Assembly (NCBI GenBank): GCA_965207135.1 | Contig: OZ242272.1 | Span: 1,541,336-1,605,335 of the forward strand | Direction: 5' to 3' | DNA length: 64,000 nt | DNA from: Chloroflexota bacterium | GTDB lineage: Bacteria > Chloroflexota > UBA11872 > VXOZ01 | Part shown: positions 40,053 to 50,942 of the stretch, one piece after another | Layout: every line of letters starts with the position of its first letter | How positions within the stretch are numbered: the first letter of the stretch is position 1 | The notes under the pieces: generated by a model | Seen by the model: only the letters and a program-made list of their open reading frames with translations | Told to the model about the DNA's origin: nothing | Databases searched by the model: none | Made by a program: the position numbers and the translations under genes

Positions 40053-40057
40053 CAAGT

Positions 40058-42025
40058 ATGGGCAAGATTATTGGCATTGATTTAGGCACGACCAACTCGG
40101 TGGTCGCGGTCATGGAGGGTGGAGACCCCGTAGTTATTCCTACGTCTGAGGGCGGCGACCTCTGCCCTTCGGTCGTGGCCTTTACCAAGGGCGAAGAGCG
40201 TTTGGTGGGTCAACTGGCCCGGCGACAGGCCGTGCTGAATCCGGAGAATACGGTGTCTTCCATCAAGCGTTTCATGGGCCATCGCCAGGATGAAGTGCAA
40301 GATGAAGGCGGGCGGGTCGCCTATTCGCTTAACACAGGACCGAAAGGCGAAGCACGCGTTGCGGTGCCCGCGCTGGGCAAGGACTTCACTCCGGAAGAAA
40401 TCTCCGCGATGATTCTGCAAAAACTCAAGAGCGACGCGGAAAAGTATCTTGGTGAGGAAGTCACGGAGGCGGTAATCACCGTACCGGCATACTTCAATGA
40501 CAGCCAGCGCCAAGCCACGAAGAATGCCGGTCAGATAGCCGGATTAGAAGTATTGCGCATTATCAACGAGCCCACTGCCGCTTCCTTGGCTTATGGTCTC
40601 GATAAGAAGACTACCGAAACCATTTTGGTTTGGGACCTCGGCGGCGGTACCTTCGATGTCTCAACACTTGAAGTCGGCGACGGGGTATTCGAAGTCAAAT
40701 CGACGGCAGGCGACACCCATCTTGGTGGCGACGACTATGATGACAAAATTGTCAGCCATCTCGCCGCGCAATTCCAAAGCGATGAGGGCATTGATCTTCG
40801 CAAGGATCGACAGGCGCTGCAAAGGCTGATCGAGGCCGCGGAGAAGGCCAAGATCGAGCTTTCGACCATGGTCCAGACTGAGATCAATCTCCCTTACATT
40901 ACCGCCGACCAGAACGGTCCAAAGCACCTTTCGCAGACCTTGACGCGGGCCAAGTTTGAAGATCTCACCGCAACGCTCACCGAACGTACAAAACGGCCGT
41001 TCCAGCAGGCGCTGAACGATGCCGGGCTGAGCCCCAACGATATCGATGAAGTCGTACTCGTTGGCGGCGCGACCCGCATGCCGGTGATTCAGGAACTCGT
41101 CAAGAAGCTCATCGGCAGAGACCCGCATCAGGGCGTAAATCCGGATGAGGTCGTTGCCGTTGGCGCGGCCATTCAAGCCGGAGTGCTGGGTGGCGAGGTC
41201 CAAGACGTAGTCTTGCTCGACGTGACGCCCCTTAGCTTGGGCGTAGAAACGCTCGGCGGAGTGTTCACGAAGATGATCGAGCGTAACACCACTGTGCCGA
41301 CCCGGAAGAGCGAGATTTTCTCTACCGCTCAGGACGGTCAGAGCGCGGTGGACATCATGGTCTTTCAGGGCGAGCGCCCGATGGCCAAAGACAACATGCT
41401 CCTGGGCCAGTTCCGCTTGGAAGGTATCCCGCCCGCGCCGCGGGGTGTGCCTCAGGTCGACGTCACGTTCGATATTGATGCCAACGGCATTCTCAACGTT
41501 ACCGCGAAGGACTTGGGCAGCGGCAAAGAGCAGAACGTGACTATCCATGCGTCCACGACGCTCAGCAAAGAGCAGGTGGACCAGATGGTCAAGGAAGCTG
41601 AGGAACATGCCGAAGATGACCGCACGCGGGCGGAGGAAGTAGAGCTGCGCAACCGCGCAGACACGCTCCTGTACCAGACCGAGCGCTCGCTGAAGGACCT
41701 CGGCGACGATGTGCCCGAAGAAGACCGGGCGGCTGTCGAAGGCGCGCTGGAGACGCTGCGCGAGGCGCTTAAGGGAGAAGACTCTGCGAGCATAAACGCC
41801 GCGGTCGAGGAAGTGCAGCAGGCGTCCATGAAAATCGGCGAGGCCATGTACGCCCGTGCCGGGGCCGAACAGGGCGACGATGGCGCACCGGTTGGGGCCG
41901 CCGCGAGCCCGGAGGGCAGCACCGCCGAGAGTAGCGATGATTCGGTCGTCGATGCTGAGTTTCGTGCCACGGATGAGGCTGAGGCCGAAGACAAAGGCGC
42001 AGCCGCAGACGGCGAGAAGCGATAA
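40058..42025 (+). CDS. dnaK: Molecular chaperone DnaK (Hsp70)
   Basis: 655-aa protein ([24 protein letters not shown]). It starts 5 nt after the lon stop, and its SD (GAGGAGGT) lies inside the end of lon. Confidence 0.95.
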   Translation: MGKIIGIDLGTTNSVVAVMEGGDPVVIPTSEGGDLCPSVVAFTKGEERLVGQLARRQAVLNPENTVSSIKRFMGHRQDEVQDEGGRVAYSLNTGPKGEARVAVPALGKDFTPEEISAMILQKLKSDAEKYLGEEVTEAVITVPAYFNDSQRQATKNAGQIAGLEVLRIINEPTAASLAYGLDKKTTETILVWDLGGGTFDVSTLEVGDGVFEVKSTAGDTHLGGDDYDDKIVSHLAAQFQSDEGIDLRKDRQALQRLIEAAEKAKIELSTMVQTEINLPYITADQNGPKHLSQTLTRAKFEDLTATLTERTKRPFQQALNDAGLSPNDIDEVVLVGGATRMPVIQELVKKLIGRDPHQGVNPDEVVAVGAAIQAGVLGGEVQDVVLLDVTPLSLGVETLGGVFTKMIERNTTVPTRKSEIFSTAQDGQSAVDIMVFQGERPMAKDNMLLGQFRLEGIPPAPRGVPQVDVTFDIDANGILNVTAKDLGSGKEQNVTIHASTTLSKEQVDQMVKEAEEHAEDDRTRAEEVELRNRADTLLYQTERSLKDLGDDVPEEDRAAVEGALETLREALKGEDSASINAAVEEVQQASMKIGEAMYARAGAEQGDDGAPVGAAASPEGSTAESSDDSVVDAEFRATDEAEAEDKGAAADGEKR

Positions 42026-42073
42026 AACGGGCAGGGCTAGGCTAGCCACTGGTCCGTGGGAGGGATTTAGCAC

Positions 42074-42712
42074 GTGGCACGATCAAAGAGAACTGAACAG
42101 CCTATTGGTGAAGAGACTGAAGAATTCGTAGCCGAACTGGAGCGAGAAGAAGCAGAGAGCGCTGCCGCGGCCGATGTGGAGGAAGCTGAATCTGCACTTC
42201 CAGAAACAGACTTGGATGCATCGCTCCAAGACCGGCTGGTTGCCGCCACGCAAGAGTCCGAGATGTACAAGGACCGGTTCTTGCGTGCGCGCGCCGACTT
42301 GGAGAACTATCGCAAACGCTCGCTGCAGTTCATCGCGGAAGGCGTGCGCGATGCCCAGAAACAGACCTTTGCGGCGATTCTGCCCGTGGTCGATAATCTG
42401 GAAAGAGCTATCGCCTTTCAAGAACAGCACCAGACTGAATCCGCTGAAGACCTGCTCACGGGAGTGCGCATGACTCTTTGGCAACTCAAGGAAGTCTTGG
42501 AGCGTCAAGAAGTCAAACGAATCGAAGCTCTGGGAGAGCCATTTGATCCGCGGTACCACGAAGCGGTGGAAGTGGTGCAAGCGGCTGAAGGCGAAGTAGC
42601 AGTGGACACCGTCGTTGAGGAACTGCAGGTCGGCTATCTTGTCGGTGATGCGGTTTTGCGGCCCGCAAGAGTTCGCGTGGCCCAGCCCCGCCGCGCGGAG
42701 GAAGATTCGTAG
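42074..42712 (+). CDS. grpE: Nucleotide exchange factor GrpE
   Basis: GTG start with GGGAGGGA upstream. It has a coiled-coil N-terminus and the conserved YKDRFLRARADLENYRKR. Confidence 0.9.
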   Translation: MARSKRTEQPIGEETEEFVAELEREEAESAAAADVEEAESALPETDLDASLQDRLVAATQESEMYKDRFLRARADLENYRKRSLQFIAEGVRDAQKQTFAAILPVVDNLERAIAFQEQHQTESAEDLLTGVRMTLWQLKEVLERQEVKRIEALGEPFDPRYHEAVEVVQAAEGEVAVDTVVEELQVGYLVGDAVLRPARVRVAQPRRAEEDS

Positions 42713-42778
42713 TTTTAGATCCAAGCATCGCAGAGTCCCATAGAGTGAATTGACACCTTGAGCCGCAAAGTGAGCGCT

Positions 42779-43795
42779 ATGGAGTTCAAGGACTACTACA
42801 AGGTATTGGGTGTATCGCCTAAGTCTCCGCCGAAAGAGGTTAAGGAGACGTATCGCCGTCTCGCCCGCAAGTATCATCCCGATGTCAATCCTGGTGACGC
42901 GAGTGCAGAAGAGCGCTTCAAGGAGATAAATGAAGCGTATGAAGCATTGCGGGATAAGAAGAAGCGGGCGCGCTACGACCAGGTGCGGGCCGCGCACTTG
43001 TCCGGACGTTCTTGGCAGACCCACGGGCGCGGGGGCGGTAGGAGCGGCATTCCGTATGACTTCGGTGGATTGGGGGGCGGCATTGATTTCGAGGGGTTTG
43101 GGCGTGGCAGCGCGGGCTCCGGCGGTTTTTCCGACTTCTTCGAATCGATCTTCGGCCGCGGACGCCAGCCGGGCGACCAGCAAGGCCGCGATCTGGAACA
43201 GGAAATTGAAATCACTCTGGCCGAAGCCTATGCCGGAACCGCTCGCACTTTCAGTCTGCAAGTGCCTGGGCCTTGTCCCGTGTGTACCGGGTCCGGCCGA
43301 ACAGAGAGCATGGTGTGTATGGCGTGCCGAGGCAGCGGCAGCCGAATGCGGAATCGGCGTCTCGACGTGAAGATCCCCGCCGGTGTGCGGGATGGGTCCC
43401 GCATACGTGTCGCAGGCGAAGGGCACCCTGGCAGAAATGGCGAGCGTGGCAATCTCTTCTTGATTGTCAAGATTGCGCCTGATTCACGTTTCGAATTGCA
43501 GACGGACGATCTACACGTGAATGTGGAAATTGACTTGGTTGACGCGGTGCTGGGCGCAGAAATAGCGGTGCCCACACCAAACGGCAAGAACGTGCTCATG
43601 CGAATTCCCGCCGAGACACAAAACGGTCAGGTGTTTCGTCTCGCCGGCCAGGGCATGCCGCATCTGAAGGGTGACGAGCGCGGCGGACTGTTCGTGAAAG
43701 TGCAGGTGCGCCTGCCCAAGGGACTGACGCCGCGTGAAAAGGAGCTCTTTGCCGAATTGGCACAACTTCGCAAAGGCAGCCCGGTCACGGTATAG
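42779..43795 (+). CDS. dnaJ: DnaJ-family co-chaperone (J domain, G/F-rich region, only two CxxCxGxG zinc-finger repeats)
   Basis: MEFKDYYKVLGV...YHPDVNPGD is the J domain with the HPD motif, followed by a Gly-rich linker. It has CPVCTGSG and CMACRGSG only, whereas canonical type-I DnaJ has four such repeats. The track TTG at 42758 is a possible alternative start. Confidence 0.85.
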   Translation: MEFKDYYKVLGVSPKSPPKEVKETYRRLARKYHPDVNPGDASAEERFKEINEAYEALRDKKKRARYDQVRAAHLSGRSWQTHGRGGGRSGIPYDFGGLGGGIDFEGFGRGSAGSGGFSDFFESIFGRGRQPGDQQGRDLEQEIEITLAEAYAGTARTFSLQVPGPCPVCTGSGRTESMVCMACRGSGSRMRNRRLDVKIPAGVRDGSRIRVAGEGHPGRNGERGNLFLIVKIAPDSRFELQTDDLHVNVEIDLVDAVLGAEIAVPTPNGKNVLMRIPAETQNGQVFRLAGQGMPHLKGDERGGLFVKVQVRLPKGLTPREKELFAELAQLRKGSPVTV

Positions 43796-43848
43796 AGCGA
43801 GCGATTGAGACTAGCGAGAGATTGCGCCGGGGGAGGTTGGGGAATATT

Positions 43849-44211
43849 GTGAACATTCGTTTTGAAGACGAGGGACCATTTTATGCAATCGGTGTCGTGG
43901 CCGAGGTCTTGCGCGTGCATCCCCAAACTCTGCGGCATTACGAGCGGTTGGGTCTGGTAAAGCCCCGCCGCTCCAAGGGCAACGTGCGCCTCTATTCGCA
44001 TGCCGACTTGGAGAGAATGGAGCAAATCCAGCGTCTTGTGAACGACCTTGGCGTCAATTTAGCCGGCGTTGAGGTGATCCTAAACATCACCGAGCGTATG
44101 GAGAAGCTACAGCAGGAGATGGACCAAAGACTCGCTGCGCAACGGGAACAATACGAAGCTGAGATTGCTCGCCTCAAGGGTCTGTTGCAGCGCGTTACAC
44201 GCAATTACTAG
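43849..44211 (+). CDS. hspR: MerR-family heat-shock regulator HspR
   Basis: YAIGVVAEVLRVHPQTLRHYERLGLVKPRRS is a MerR helix-turn-helix as in HspR, and it occupies the position after dnaK-grpE-dnaJ. The GTG at 43849 was preferred (GGGAGG upstream); the track starts at the TTG at 43822. Confidence 0.8.
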   Translation: MNIRFEDEGPFYAIGVVAEVLRVHPQTLRHYERLGLVKPRRSKGNVRLYSHADLERMEQIQRLVNDLGVNLAGVEVILNITERMEKLQQEMDQRLAAQREQYEAEIARLKGLLQRVTRNY

Positions 44212-44340
44212 CAAAGCAAGTCCCTAATGCCAACGGAATTCGAGAGAAACCTCGATCGTTGGTTGGACATGAGTTTGAGCCATAGATGACCACTACGCTT
44301 TCTGCCATGGTTGGAAGCGTATCGCAAAGGATGATGTGAG

Positions 44341-46824
44341 ATGGCATGGAATAACCGTTTCACGACAAAAGCACAAGAGGCTCTCGCGGGAGCCCAAGAG
44401 GTGATGCTCGCGCATAGCCATAATCAGCTTGACACCGAGCATATCATGTTAGCGCTGCTCCAGCAGAACGATGGCCTGGTCCCGCAAATGCTTGGGATCC
44501 TCAATGTTGATCCTTCACAGCTTGCGCAGCGCTTGGAGATGTCGCTGCGACCGCGGCCGCAGGTGTCGTTTGGTCAGAGCGGACAAGCGCAATACTACAT
44601 GACGCCGCGCGCCAAGCGTGTGCTGGACCTGGCTGCAGAAGAGGCGGCCCGCCTCAAGGATGAGTACATTGGGACCGAACACCTGCTTATTGCTATCTCC
44701 GGCGCGGAAGATGGGGATTCCCACCGCGTCTTGCAGGAAGCCGGCATCGATCGCGAGAAGATCTACCAGGCTATGGAGAAGGTGCGCGGCTCTCATCGAG
44801 TTACCGATCCGGAAGCTGAGTCGAAGTACCGCATGCTGGAGCGTTATGGACTCGACCTGACGCAGTTTGCGCGGGATGGAAAGCTCGATCCCGTGATAGG
44901 CCGCGCGGAGGAAGTCCACCGCGTGATGCAAGTACTCTCGCGCCGCACCAAGAATAACCCGGTCCTCATGGGTGAGCCCGGCGTGGGCAAGACCGCCATA
45001 GTCGAAGGACTAGCGCAACGCGTCGTAAACGGTGATGTCCCTGAGCAGTTGCGCGATAGGCGCGTGATAGCCTTGGATATGGCTGCCCTGCTTGCCGGCG
45101 CAAAGTTTCGCGGCGAGTTTGAGGAACGTCTCAAGGGCGTGGTTGATGAGGTGCAGAAGGCCAAGCGCGAGGTGATTCTGTTCATTGACGAACTCCACAC
45201 AGTAGTTGGGGCAGGCGGAGCCGAAGGCGCAATTGATGCAGCCAACATCCTCAAACCTGCCTTGGCGCGGGGTGAGTTGCAGGTCGTGGGCGCCACGACG
45301 CTCGACGAATACCGCCGCCACATCGAGAAAGACTCGGCCCTGGAACGGCGGTTCCAGCCGGTCTATGTGGAGGAACCAACTGTAGAAGATACTATCGCCA
45401 TCCTCAATGGACTGCGCGACAAGTACGAATCCCATCACCGTTTGAAGATCAATGACAACGCGTTGAGCGCTGCGGCTAAGCTCTCGCATCGCTACCTCAC
45501 GGAGCGTTACTTGCCGGACAAGGCCATTGACCTCATCGATGAGGCAGCGGCAAAGGTGCGGATGGAGATCTTCAGCATGCCGGACGATATCAAAGAGCTC
45601 GAGAGCCGGCTTAAGCAGAGCCAACGGGATGAGGAAGCCGCTTCGCAACGCCGTGACTATGAGATGGCTGCCAACTCCCGCACAGAGCACCTCCGTCTCA
45701 AGTCAGAGTATGAGCGAGCTCGTGAAGAGTGGCTGAGCAGCAATGAAATGGACGACGAAGTTGACGCGCGCGATGTCGCCCAAGTGCTGGCCAAGTGGAC
45801 CGGCATTCCGGTTGCCCAACTCTTTCAAGAGGAAGCAGACAAGCTCCTGCATATGGAAGAGGAGCTCCATACGCGCCTCGTAAGCCAAGATGAGGCCGTC
45901 GTGGCGGTGTCCGAAGCAATTCGCCGCTCGCGCTCCGGCTTGGCAAATCCCAAGCGTCCGATTGGCAGCTTCCTCTTTGTGGGCCCCACCGGCGTTGGCA
46001 AGACCGAACTTGCGCGAGCACTTGCCGAGTTCATGTTTGACGACGAAGACGCGCTGGTGCGCATCGATATGTCAGAGTACCGGGAGCGCCATTCTGTCAG
46101 CCGTCTCATTGGCGCGCCGCCCGGCTATGTCGGCTTTGAAGAGGGCGGTCAGTTGACTGAAGCGGTACGGCGGCGACCCTATCGTGTGGTGCTTTTCGAC
46201 GAAATCGAGAAGGCTCACACTGACGTGTTCAACACATTGCTGCAAGTGATGGAGGACGGGCGCCTGACGGACGGACACGGGCACGTGGTCGACTTTCGCA
46301 ACACCGTAATTATCATGACATCCAACGTTGGCGCGGAAATGCTGCGCACCGATGGTGTGCTCGGTTTCCAACCCAATGGTACGGACGGAGAGCAAGAAGA
46401 CTTTGACGCGATAAAGGCCAAGCTGCATAGAGAACTACGGAACACGTTCCGGCCCGAGTTTCTCAATCGCATCGATGAAATCATCGTCTTCCACTACTTG
46501 GATAGACTGCAGTTGCAGGATGTTGTGGAACGCATGCTGACTGAAGTCCGGCAGCGTCTGGAGGAACGGTGCATCACCCTGGAGGTAAGCGCGGCGGCCA
46601 AGGCATGGTTAGTGCAGAACGGGTACGATCATGACTACGGTGCGCGGCCCTTGCGCAGATTGGTGCAGCGTGAGATGGAAAACACACTCGCGAAGATGCT
46701 ACTCAACGGCGAGCTTGCGGAGGGCTATCGCGTTGCCGTGGACTTGCAGGATGAGAAACTGCACTTTGCAGCAGTGCCCGGCTCGACAACGTTAGAATCC
46801 CCAGTGGGTGCTGCAGTTTCGTAG
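44341..46824 (+). CDS. clpB: ATP-dependent chaperone ClpB
   Basis: 827-aa protein with two AAA+ modules ([15 protein letters not shown] and [15 protein letters not shown]) separated by a coiled-coil M-domain. Confidence 0.95.
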   Translation: MAWNNRFTTKAQEALAGAQEVMLAHSHNQLDTEHIMLALLQQNDGLVPQMLGILNVDPSQLAQRLEMSLRPRPQVSFGQSGQAQYYMTPRAKRVLDLAAEEAARLKDEYIGTEHLLIAISGAEDGDSHRVLQEAGIDREKIYQAMEKVRGSHRVTDPEAESKYRMLERYGLDLTQFARDGKLDPVIGRAEEVHRVMQVLSRRTKNNPVLMGEPGVGKTAIVEGLAQRVVNGDVPEQLRDRRVIALDMAALLAGAKFRGEFEERLKGVVDEVQKAKREVILFIDELHTVVGAGGAEGAIDAANILKPALARGELQVVGATTLDEYRRHIEKDSALERRFQPVYVEEPTVEDTIAILNGLRDKYESHHRLKINDNALSAAAKLSHRYLTERYLPDKAIDLIDEAAAKVRMEIFSMPDDIKELESRLKQSQRDEEAASQRRDYEMAANSRTEHLRLKSEYERAREEWLSSNEMDDEVDARDVAQVLAKWTGIPVAQLFQEEADKLLHMEEELHTRLVSQDEAVVAVSEAIRRSRSGLANPKRPIGSFLFVGPTGVGKTELARALAEFMFDDEDALVRIDMSEYRERHSVSRLIGAPPGYVGFEEGGQLTEAVRRRPYRVVLFDEIEKAHTDVFNTLLQVMEDGRLTDGHGHVVDFRNTVIIMTSNVGAEMLRTDGVLGFQPNGTDGEQEDFDAIKAKLHRELRNTFRPEFLNRIDEIIVFHYLDRLQLQDVVERMLTEVRQRLEERCITLEVSAAAKAWLVQNGYDHDYGARPLRRLVQREMENTLAKMLLNGELAEGYRVAVDLQDEKLHFAAVPGSTTLESPVGAAVS

Positions 46825-46891
46825 CAGAACTGCTCCCCGCGACCACAAACATGGTAACCGCATGACGCTTGAAAGCGAGGTCTCTCTGGCA

Positions 46892-46920
46892 CTGCCCCGT
46901 AGATACGTCTACCGGGGCAG
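46892..46920 (+). terminator. Hairpin CTGCCCCG-tagatacgtcta-CGGGGCAG about 70 nt after the clpB stop
   Basis: 8-bp GC-rich stem read directly from the sequence. Confidence 0.45.
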
Positions 46921-47157
46921 CGACAGTAATACGCCGTCGTCTCATTAACTGGGGGGAATGGCTCGCCCCGGCTTGATGGGCGGATAGGTGTCACCTAGCC
47001 AGTCCTCACAGTTTCAGTTTTCAAGAGTCTGAGCCGACCCGGCACGCCTGTTTTCCCATCCTTGCCATTGGGCAGGGCATGAATTTCAAAGCCAATAGCA
47101 AACCACCGTTGTCTGCAAATGAGACAACACTTTACCTTTTCCAAGGAGCAAACTTTC

Positions 47158-48945
47158 GTGAGTGTACGATGGAAGCGCACCCACACCTGCGGGGAATTAC
47201 GCGAGGACCAACTGGCACAGACAGTTACATTAAATGGATGGGTGCACCGACGGCGCGACCATGGCGGCGTGGTATTTATCGACCTGCGCGACCGCTACGG
47301 AATCACGCAGGTGGTCATTGACCCGCAGGCCTCGGAAGACGTGCAGGCTGCGGTCGCCCAAATCCGAAATGAATTCGTTCTCAGTTGTACGGGCGAAGTG
47401 CAAGCGCGTCCCGACGGCACGCGGAATCCCAACCTGCCGACCGGCGACATTGAAGTACATGCGACAACAGTTCAGATTCTGTCGGCAACGCAGACGCCTC
47501 CTTTCGACCTGAACAATCCGGCATTGGAAGTGGATGAGTCGATCCGGCTGCGCTACCGCTACCTGGACTTGCGACGGGAAGACATGCAACGCAAGATGGA
47601 GCTGCGGCATCGGCTAATAAAGGCCATCCGTGACTTCATGGATGAGGAGGGCTTTTGGGAAATTGAGACGCCGATACTCCTCAAGAGCACACCTGAGGGC
47701 GCTCGTGACTATCTAGTCCCAAGCCGCGTTCACCCAGGGCAATTCTATGCTTTGCCGCAATCACCTCAGCAACTAAAGCAACTGCTCATGGTCTCCGGAA
47801 TGGATCGCTACTTTCAGATTGCCCGCTGTTTTCGCGACGAGGACCCACGCGCGGACCGCCAGCCGGAGTTCACACAGCTAGACATTGAGATGTCTTTTGT
47901 AGAGCGCGACGACGTGATGGGCGTGATTGAGCGACTGTACTTGGAATTGGCCGATACGCTCAGCGGCAAGTCTGTGCAAGCGCGGCCGATTCCCAAAATT
48001 CCCTTCGAGGAGGCGATGGCGAAGTACGGCACGGACTGTCCCGATATGCGCTTTGGCTTGGAACTCGTCGATGTGTCACACATTGCGCAAGAGTCGGACT
48101 TTCGCGTTTTCAAAGACGTAATTGCCAAAGGGGGCATAGTAAAAGGCGTGCGCGCCCCGGGTTGCGGAAGCTACTCCCGCAAACAGGTGGACGAATTCAC
48201 GAACCTTGCCCGTTCAATGGGTGGTAAGGGGTTAGTGTCCATCGCGGTAGAGGATGGAGGGCTGCGCTCGCCGGTGCTGCAACATCTCGGGGCAGAAGTG
48301 ACGCAACGCATTGCAGCGGCGCTCTCAGCGGAACCGGGCGACCTCGTGCTGGTCGCGGCAGACCAGCCGGATGTGACGAACACGGTGCTTTCCCGAATTC
48401 GACTTGAAATTGGCGATCGGCTCGGTCTCCGGGATCCGCATACGCTCGCTTTCTGCTGGGTTGTGGACTTCCCCCTGTTCGAATGGGACGATGATGAGGA
48501 GCGTTGGAGTTTCGTGCACAACCCCTTCTGCGGACCGTTTCCTGAGGATGAGGCGCTTGTCGCTACCGATCCCGGGAACGCCCGCTCCTTGCAGTACGAT
48601 CTCGTGTGTAACGGCTGGGAAATCGGCGGCGGCAGTGTCCGCGCGCACAAGCGGGAGCTCCTGGAGCAGATTTGGCAGACCATGGGCTATTCAAGCGAAC
48701 AGATCCACGAGCAAGTTGGTCACATGTTGGAAGCGTTCTCATACGGTGTGCCGCCGCACGGCGGCATCGCAATGGGTCTTGATCGCACGATTGCGATTTT
48801 CGCCAACGAAGAGAGCATTCGCGAGGCGATTGCCTTCCCCAAGAACCAGCAAGCGCTTGACCTGATGATGCGGGCGCCGTCGCCTGTGTCGGACGAGCAG
48901 CTCAAAGAGGTCAATCTCGCACTTCGTCCGTCGCAGAAGCAATAG
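47158..48945 (+). CDS. aspS: Aspartate--tRNA ligase
   Basis: Class-II aaRS motifs are present (FEIETPIL, QSPQQLKQLLMVSG, GGGSVRAHKRE). The GTG at 47158 was preferred: it has AAGGAG 9 nt upstream, and the SVRWKRTHTCGELRE N-terminus is typical of AspRS. The track ATG at 47119 lies inside a hairpin loop. Confidence 0.9.
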   Translation: MSVRWKRTHTCGELREDQLAQTVTLNGWVHRRRDHGGVVFIDLRDRYGITQVVIDPQASEDVQAAVAQIRNEFVLSCTGEVQARPDGTRNPNLPTGDIEVHATTVQILSATQTPPFDLNNPALEVDESIRLRYRYLDLRREDMQRKMELRHRLIKAIRDFMDEEGFWEIETPILLKSTPEGARDYLVPSRVHPGQFYALPQSPQQLKQLLMVSGMDRYFQIARCFRDEDPRADRQPEFTQLDIEMSFVERDDVMGVIERLYLELADTLSGKSVQARPIPKIPFEEAMAKYGTDCPDMRFGLELVDVSHIAQESDFRVFKDVIAKGGIVKGVRAPGCGSYSRKQVDEFTNLARSMGGKGLVSIAVEDGGLRSPVLQHLGAEVTQRIAAALSAEPGDLVLVAADQPDVTNTVLSRIRLEIGDRLGLRDPHTLAFCWVVDFPLFEWDDDEERWSFVHNPFCGPFPEDEALVATDPGNARSLQYDLVCNGWEIGGGSVRAHKRELLEQIWQTMGYSSEQIHEQVGHMLEAFSYGVPPHGGIAMGLDRTIAIFANEESIREAIAFPKNQQALDLMMRAPSPVSDEQLKEVNLALRPSQKQ

Positions 48946-48975
48946 TCATGGCATGGCCACAGCCGGCGTAAACAC

Positions 48976-49006
48976 AAGCCTCTACGTAGCCTGTACGTAG
49001 AGGCTT
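48976..49006 (+). terminator. Perfect 13-bp stem AAGCCTCTACGTA-gcctg-TACGTAGAGGCTT about 30 nt after the aspS stop
   Basis: Read directly from the sequence and followed by GTTGGCTTCCC. Confidence 0.6.
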
Positions 49007-49176
49007 GTTGGCTTCCCAATCGAGTGGGACACGTGTGCCTGTGGCTGACCGAGATGGCCGGGATCTTTTCTGGATTCTGTTCTGATACTCTGATAGGCTT
49101 ACTGCGGAAGTGTATGGTTTCAAATGGGTTTATATCTCTGGCGCAAACGTATGCGCAGACACACGGAGGCACGCTC

Positions 49177-50001
49177 TTGAAGATTTACATAATGACGGAT
49201 ATGGAAGCTGTTGCCGGGGTTGTCGATTCGGACAACTATTGCAACAAGAGCTCACGTTACTACGAGCGCGGACGTGAACTGACGACACTGGAGACAAACG
49301 CCGCCGTTGAGGCGTGTCTTGAAGCCGGGGCGACCGAGATTATCGTCGTAGATGGACACGGCCACGAAGCCATTGACCCGGTGTTGCTTCACCCTGAAGC
49401 CAAGGCCCTCGTGGGCCGTCCCATCGGTTATCCATTTGGGTGCGACGAAAGCTTCGATGCGGCCCTGAGCATCGGCCAGCATGCGAAATCGAATACAGAT
49501 GGGGGTCATCTGGCTCATACCGGCTCATTCAACGTGGAGGAGCTGACAATCAATGGTGTTTCCGTCGGCGAGATGGGCTGCAATTTCCTTTTTGCCGGCT
49601 ATTTTGGAGTCCCGTCAATATTCTTGAGTGGTGACCAGGCGGCTGCCGATGAAGCGAAAGCGCTTGTTCCGAATATCGAGACCGCCGCCGTTAAAGCAGG
49701 GCTCCGCCGTGGACCAGCGGCGGGACTCTCCGGCGATGAGAACAGAGCATTCAACGGCGCTGCCATCCATTTGCACCCAACCAAGGCTCGCCAACTCATT
49801 AAGGAAGGCGTGCGACGAGCGCTTGCAAAGCGGCACGAAATCAAGCCGTTTTGGTTGGAGCCGCCCTATGAGCTCGTGAGTGTATCGCGGCCTGAGAACG
49901 GCACACCCGCTCGCACCGCGCGGGCGACTGCCGATGACTTGCTCGATCTGCTCCGGAAACCTCGCACCTATACGACTTCACATGCGGTTCCGGCGCGCTG
50001 A
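49177..50001 (+). CDS. Peptidase M55 family (D-aminopeptidase DppA-like)
   Basis: The TTG at 49177 is preceded by GGAGG (7-nt spacer) and gives the N-terminus MKIYIMTDMEAVAGVV, which matches the DppA-family start MKIYISxDxEGvaG. The track ORF begins at an upstream GTG at 49024 that has no SD. Confidence 0.7.
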   Translation: MKIYIMTDMEAVAGVVDSDNYCNKSSRYYERGRELTTLETNAAVEACLEAGATEIIVVDGHGHEAIDPVLLHPEAKALVGRPIGYPFGCDESFDAALSIGQHAKSNTDGGHLAHTGSFNVEELTINGVSVGEMGCNFLFAGYFGVPSIFLSGDQAAADEAKALVPNIETAAVKAGLRRGPAAGLSGDENRAFNGAAIHLHPTKARQLIKEGVRRALAKRHEIKPFWLEPPYELVSVSRPENGTPARTARATADDLLDLLRKPRTYTTSHAVPAR

Positions 50002-50270
50002 TACGTCTCTAGTCGCTTGGCGTCATGATATCTGGCGACAGATCACGTCTCGTTTCGGTCTGCCTAATGGCAGCTAGCCTGCGCGATCTCTAACTCTAGG
50101 TACAGAGACTTGCGCTGTTGCATTTTAGTCTCAGGCGAGCGACTGTAGAGTTCTGCCTGCGGTACAATACAGAATTGAATGAAACTTGGCGCTGCCGAGT
50201 TTAATTTACGACAAAATGAGGTGTTGCAAGACAGCGCCAACTGCATCAGCGAGAGAGGAATGAATGTTGT

Positions 50271-50939
50271 ATGCAAATCCTTGTCGTTGACGACGACCAG
50301 AAGATTACAGCACTCTTGCATCGCGCCCTTTCCCATCAGGGCTACGAAGTCCAAGTAGCCCATGACGGGTTTCAAGCCCTTTCGCACCTTTCGCAGAAGC
50401 AACCGGACATCGTCGTGCTTGACATACTCATGCCGGGACTGGACGGCCTACGGGTGTGTAAACGCATACGGCAGGACAGCACCGTTCCGATTCTCATGCT
50501 CACCGCCAAAGATGAAATTTCAGATCGGGTGGTGGGCCTAGACAGCGGCGCTGATGACTACTTGGTCAAACCTTTCGAGCTCGAGGAGCTCTTTGCCCGC
50601 ATTCGGGCGCTGTTGCGGCGGAGCACATCGCCGGAAGATGAGGTGTTGCACTTTGCCGACCTCACCCTGGATACAGCGGGCCGGCGGGCGCAGCGCAGCA
50701 ATCGGACGTTTGATCTGACCGCTACGGAATATGAACTCCTTCTCCTCTTCATGCAAAATCCACGGCGCGTGCTGCCACGGCACTACATCATGGAGAAGGT
50801 CTGGGGCTACGACTTTGAAGGGGAATCGAATGTCCTCGAAGTCTACGTCGGCTATCTGCGTCAAAAGCTAGAAGAAAACGAGGGCTCCCGCATCATCTAT
50901 ACCGTACGCGGCGTTGGTTACGTATTGCGCGAGACCTAG
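50271..50939 (+). CDS. OmpR/PhoB-family response regulator
   Basis: Receiver domain (VVDDD...D at ~54, LTAKD) plus a winged-helix C-terminus (VYVGYLRQKLE). Confidence 0.9.
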   Translation: MQILVVDDDQKITALLHRALSHQGYEVQVAHDGFQALSHLSQKQPDIVVLDILMPGLDGLRVCKRIRQDSTVPILMLTAKDEISDRVVGLDSGADDYLVKPFELEELFARIRALLRRSTSPEDEVLHFADLTLDTAGRRAQRSNRTFDLTATEYELLLLFMQNPRRVLPRHYIMEKVWGYDFEGESNVLEVYVGYLRQKLEENEGSRIIYTVRGVGYVLRET

Positions 50940-50942
50940 CTC

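Noticed and set aside
40661-43426. Long minus-strand ORFs (470 and 447 aa) opposite dnaK, grpE and dnaJ
   Set aside because: Antisense shadows of highly conserved chaperone genes. Their Arg/Leu/Gly-rich composition is typical of GC-rich antisense frames.
44212-44340. HspR operator (HAIR) upstream of clpB
   Set aside because: Only loose TTGAG-like fragments are visible (catgagtttgagcc) and no convincing inverted repeat. clpB may be read through from hspR or may use a site I cannot see by eye.
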